Source: Camelus dromedarius
Lineage: Eukaryota
Length of the DNA: 64,000 nucleotides
Direction: 5' to 3'
Assembly: GCF_036321535.1 (NCBI RefSeq)
Contig: NC_087436.1
Coordinates: forward strand, 95,544,001-95,608,000
Shown one piece after another: positions 62,301 through 64,000 of this stretch; position 1 is the first letter of the stretch, and each line of letters begins with the position of its first letter. The notes below the pieces were generated by a model. That model had not been told where the DNA came from and made no database searches. It saw nothing but the letters and a program-made list of their open reading frames with translations. Position numbers and translations under genes: made by a program.

Positions 62301-62419
62301 ACTGCACATATATTTTTAAATTTACATATATGTATTCTTCATTGTTTCCTAGAACATTTAAAGCTTTAGCTTTTTAAACTTGCATAGTTATTAAAGGAAT
62401 AAAGTCAACCACAAAACAA

Positions 62420-62937
62420 GAATTAATTCAAAAAGATCCATACACCCTGCTATTAACAGCAACATTATTCATAATTGCCAAGATATGGAAGCATCCTAGG
62501 TGCACATCAATAGTTGAATAGATAATGAAGAAGCAGCATACATATACATAATGGAATACAACTCACTCATAAAAAAGAAGGATATTTTGCCATTTGTGGC
62601 CCTTCATTCACTTTTTTTTTTTTCACTTCAAAAAAACAGAATTTTATAGCTGGCAGAGAATTTCCATTACATCAAAAACAACAAAATACCTAGAAATAAA
62701 CCTAACCAAGGAGGTTACCTATACTCTAAAAACTGAAATGACATGAAGAAATGGAAAGATTTCTCGTGCTCTTGGATTGGAAGAATCAGCACTATCAAAA
62801 TGGCCACGCTACCCAGAGCAATCCACAGAGCCAACGCAACCCCCATCAAAATACTCATGACATTCCTCACAGAACTGGAACAAACAATTCCAAAATTTAT
62901 AAGGAACCACAAAGACCCCGAACAGCCAAAGCAATCT
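62420..62937 (+). mobile_element. Two out-of-order L1 ORF2 fragments
   Basis: 62420-62600 is the ORF2 C-terminus (ATAATTGCCAAGATATGGAAGC; AATGGAATAC); 62665-62937 is the RT-distal segment KWKDFSCSWIGRISTIKMATLPRAI. Confidence 0.9.
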
Positions 62938-62948
62938 TTTGTTAAGTC

Positions 62949-64000
62949 TTTTTTTTTTTTTCTCTTTCTTCTTTTTTTCTCTTTTCTTATGGTTCAATGA
63001 CAAGGGAAGGCCCTTTAACATTTATTGTAAAGCTGGTTTGGTGGTGCTGAAATCTTTTAGGTTTTGCTTATCTGTGAAGATTTTGATTTCTCCGTCAAGT
63101 CTGAATGAGAGCCTTGCTGGATAGAGTATTCTTGGTTGTAAGTTTCCCCCTTTCATCACTTTAACTACATCATGCCCCTCCCTTCTGGCCTGGAGAGTTT
63201 CTGCTGAAAAGTCAGCTGATAACCTTATGGGAGTTCCTTTGTATGTTATTTGTTGCTTTTCTCTTGCCAATTTTAATATTTTCTTCTTACCCTTAATTGT
63301 TGTCAATTTGATGACTATGTGCCTTGCTGAGTTCCTCTTTGGGCTGATTCTGTGTAGAACTCTCTGCGCTTCCTAGACTTGGGTGACTATATCCTTTCCC
63401 AAGTTGGGGAAGTTTTCAGTGAGTATCTCTCCAAAATTTTTCTCAGGTCCTTTTTCTCTCTCTTCTCTTTCTGGGACCCCTATAATGTGAATATTGGGGT
63501 GCTTCATGTTGTCCCAGTTCTCTTAACCTATCCTCATTTCTTTGCATTCTTTTTTCCTTTTTCTGTTCTGAAGTAGTGATTTCCACTAATCTGTTTTCTA
63601 GCTCACTGATCCATTCTTCTGCCTCATTTAGTCTATTCTTGGTTCCTTCCAGTGTATTGTTCATTTCAGTGATTTTATTCTTCAACTCTGTTTGGGTATT
63701 CTTTATATTTTCCAACTCTTTGCTAAAAACTTCGCCCTGTACTTCTATACTCCTCTTGAGTTCTCTGAACATCTTGGCCGTCATTACTTTAAATTCTTTC
63801 TCGGATAAATTACCTGTCTCCTCATCACTTATTTTTGATTCTGGGATTTTATCTTCTGTCTTGGCCTGGAAGATATTCCTTTGCCGCCTCATATCATCTA
63901 TCTTTCTATGTGTTTGTGGATTCCTTCCACAGGCTTTGGGATTATTTTCTTATTTCCAGTATCTGCCCCTGGTGGATGAGGCTGGACTAGAGGCTTATGC
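62949..64000 (-). mobile_element. L1 5' portion (5'UTR end plus ORF1) ending in an A-rich tail
   Basis: ORF1 translations at 63443-63892 and 63022-63306; T-rich tract at 62949-62988 on the plus strand. Confidence 0.93.
63003..63892 (-). pseudogene. Disrupted L1 ORF1p (coiled coil, RRM, CTD)
   Basis: MRRQRN...LEGTKNRLNEAEEWISELEN coiled coil; ILKLAREKQQITYKGTPIRLSADFSAETLQARR...LQPRILYPARLSF; frameshifts and stops lie between the segments. Confidence 0.92.

Noticed and set aside
1..64000. CRISPR array, operon, prophage or other prokaryote-type system; named host gene or locus
   Set aside because: The sequence is CpG-depleted mammalian DNA dominated by eutherian repeats. I saw no regularly spaced repeat-spacer array, no long intact ORFs and no exon I could assign to a known protein; locus identity needs BLAT or synteny

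Overview
This is eutherian mammalian genomic DNA, most likely camelid (camel, alpaca or llama). Two tRNA-Ala-derived vic-1-type SINEs are present, and I saw no Alu, B1/B2, Bov-tA/BovB, PRE1 or CAN SINEs. I recognise no protein-coding host gene; the window looks intergenic or deep intronic. Roughly half (by eye) is interspersed repeat: MIR, L2, old L1M, MaLR/ERVL LTRs, hAT and Tigger fossils, and younger L1 and SINE insertions with target-site duplications. The ORFs I can assign come from L1 ORF1/ORF2, MaLR internal regions or microsatellites; the rest look like chance ORFs. Repeat-poor blocks carry regulatory motif clusters, including an orphan CpG/GC-box island at about 37.3-37.55 kb and an HNF1/TATA/TCF element at about 30.3-30.8 kb. 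The most unusual features are a 273-bp (CTT)31(CCT)53CGT(CTT)6 tract, an L1 copy that appears polyadenylated right after ORF1 (HAL1-like), a triple-nested insertion, a SINE with an apparent 3' transduction, and an ERVL LTR followed by triplicated tRNA-Leu PBS-like units. I cannot support a new multi-gene system. Repeat subfamily names come from recalled consensus sequences, and old-repeat boundaries are approximate.
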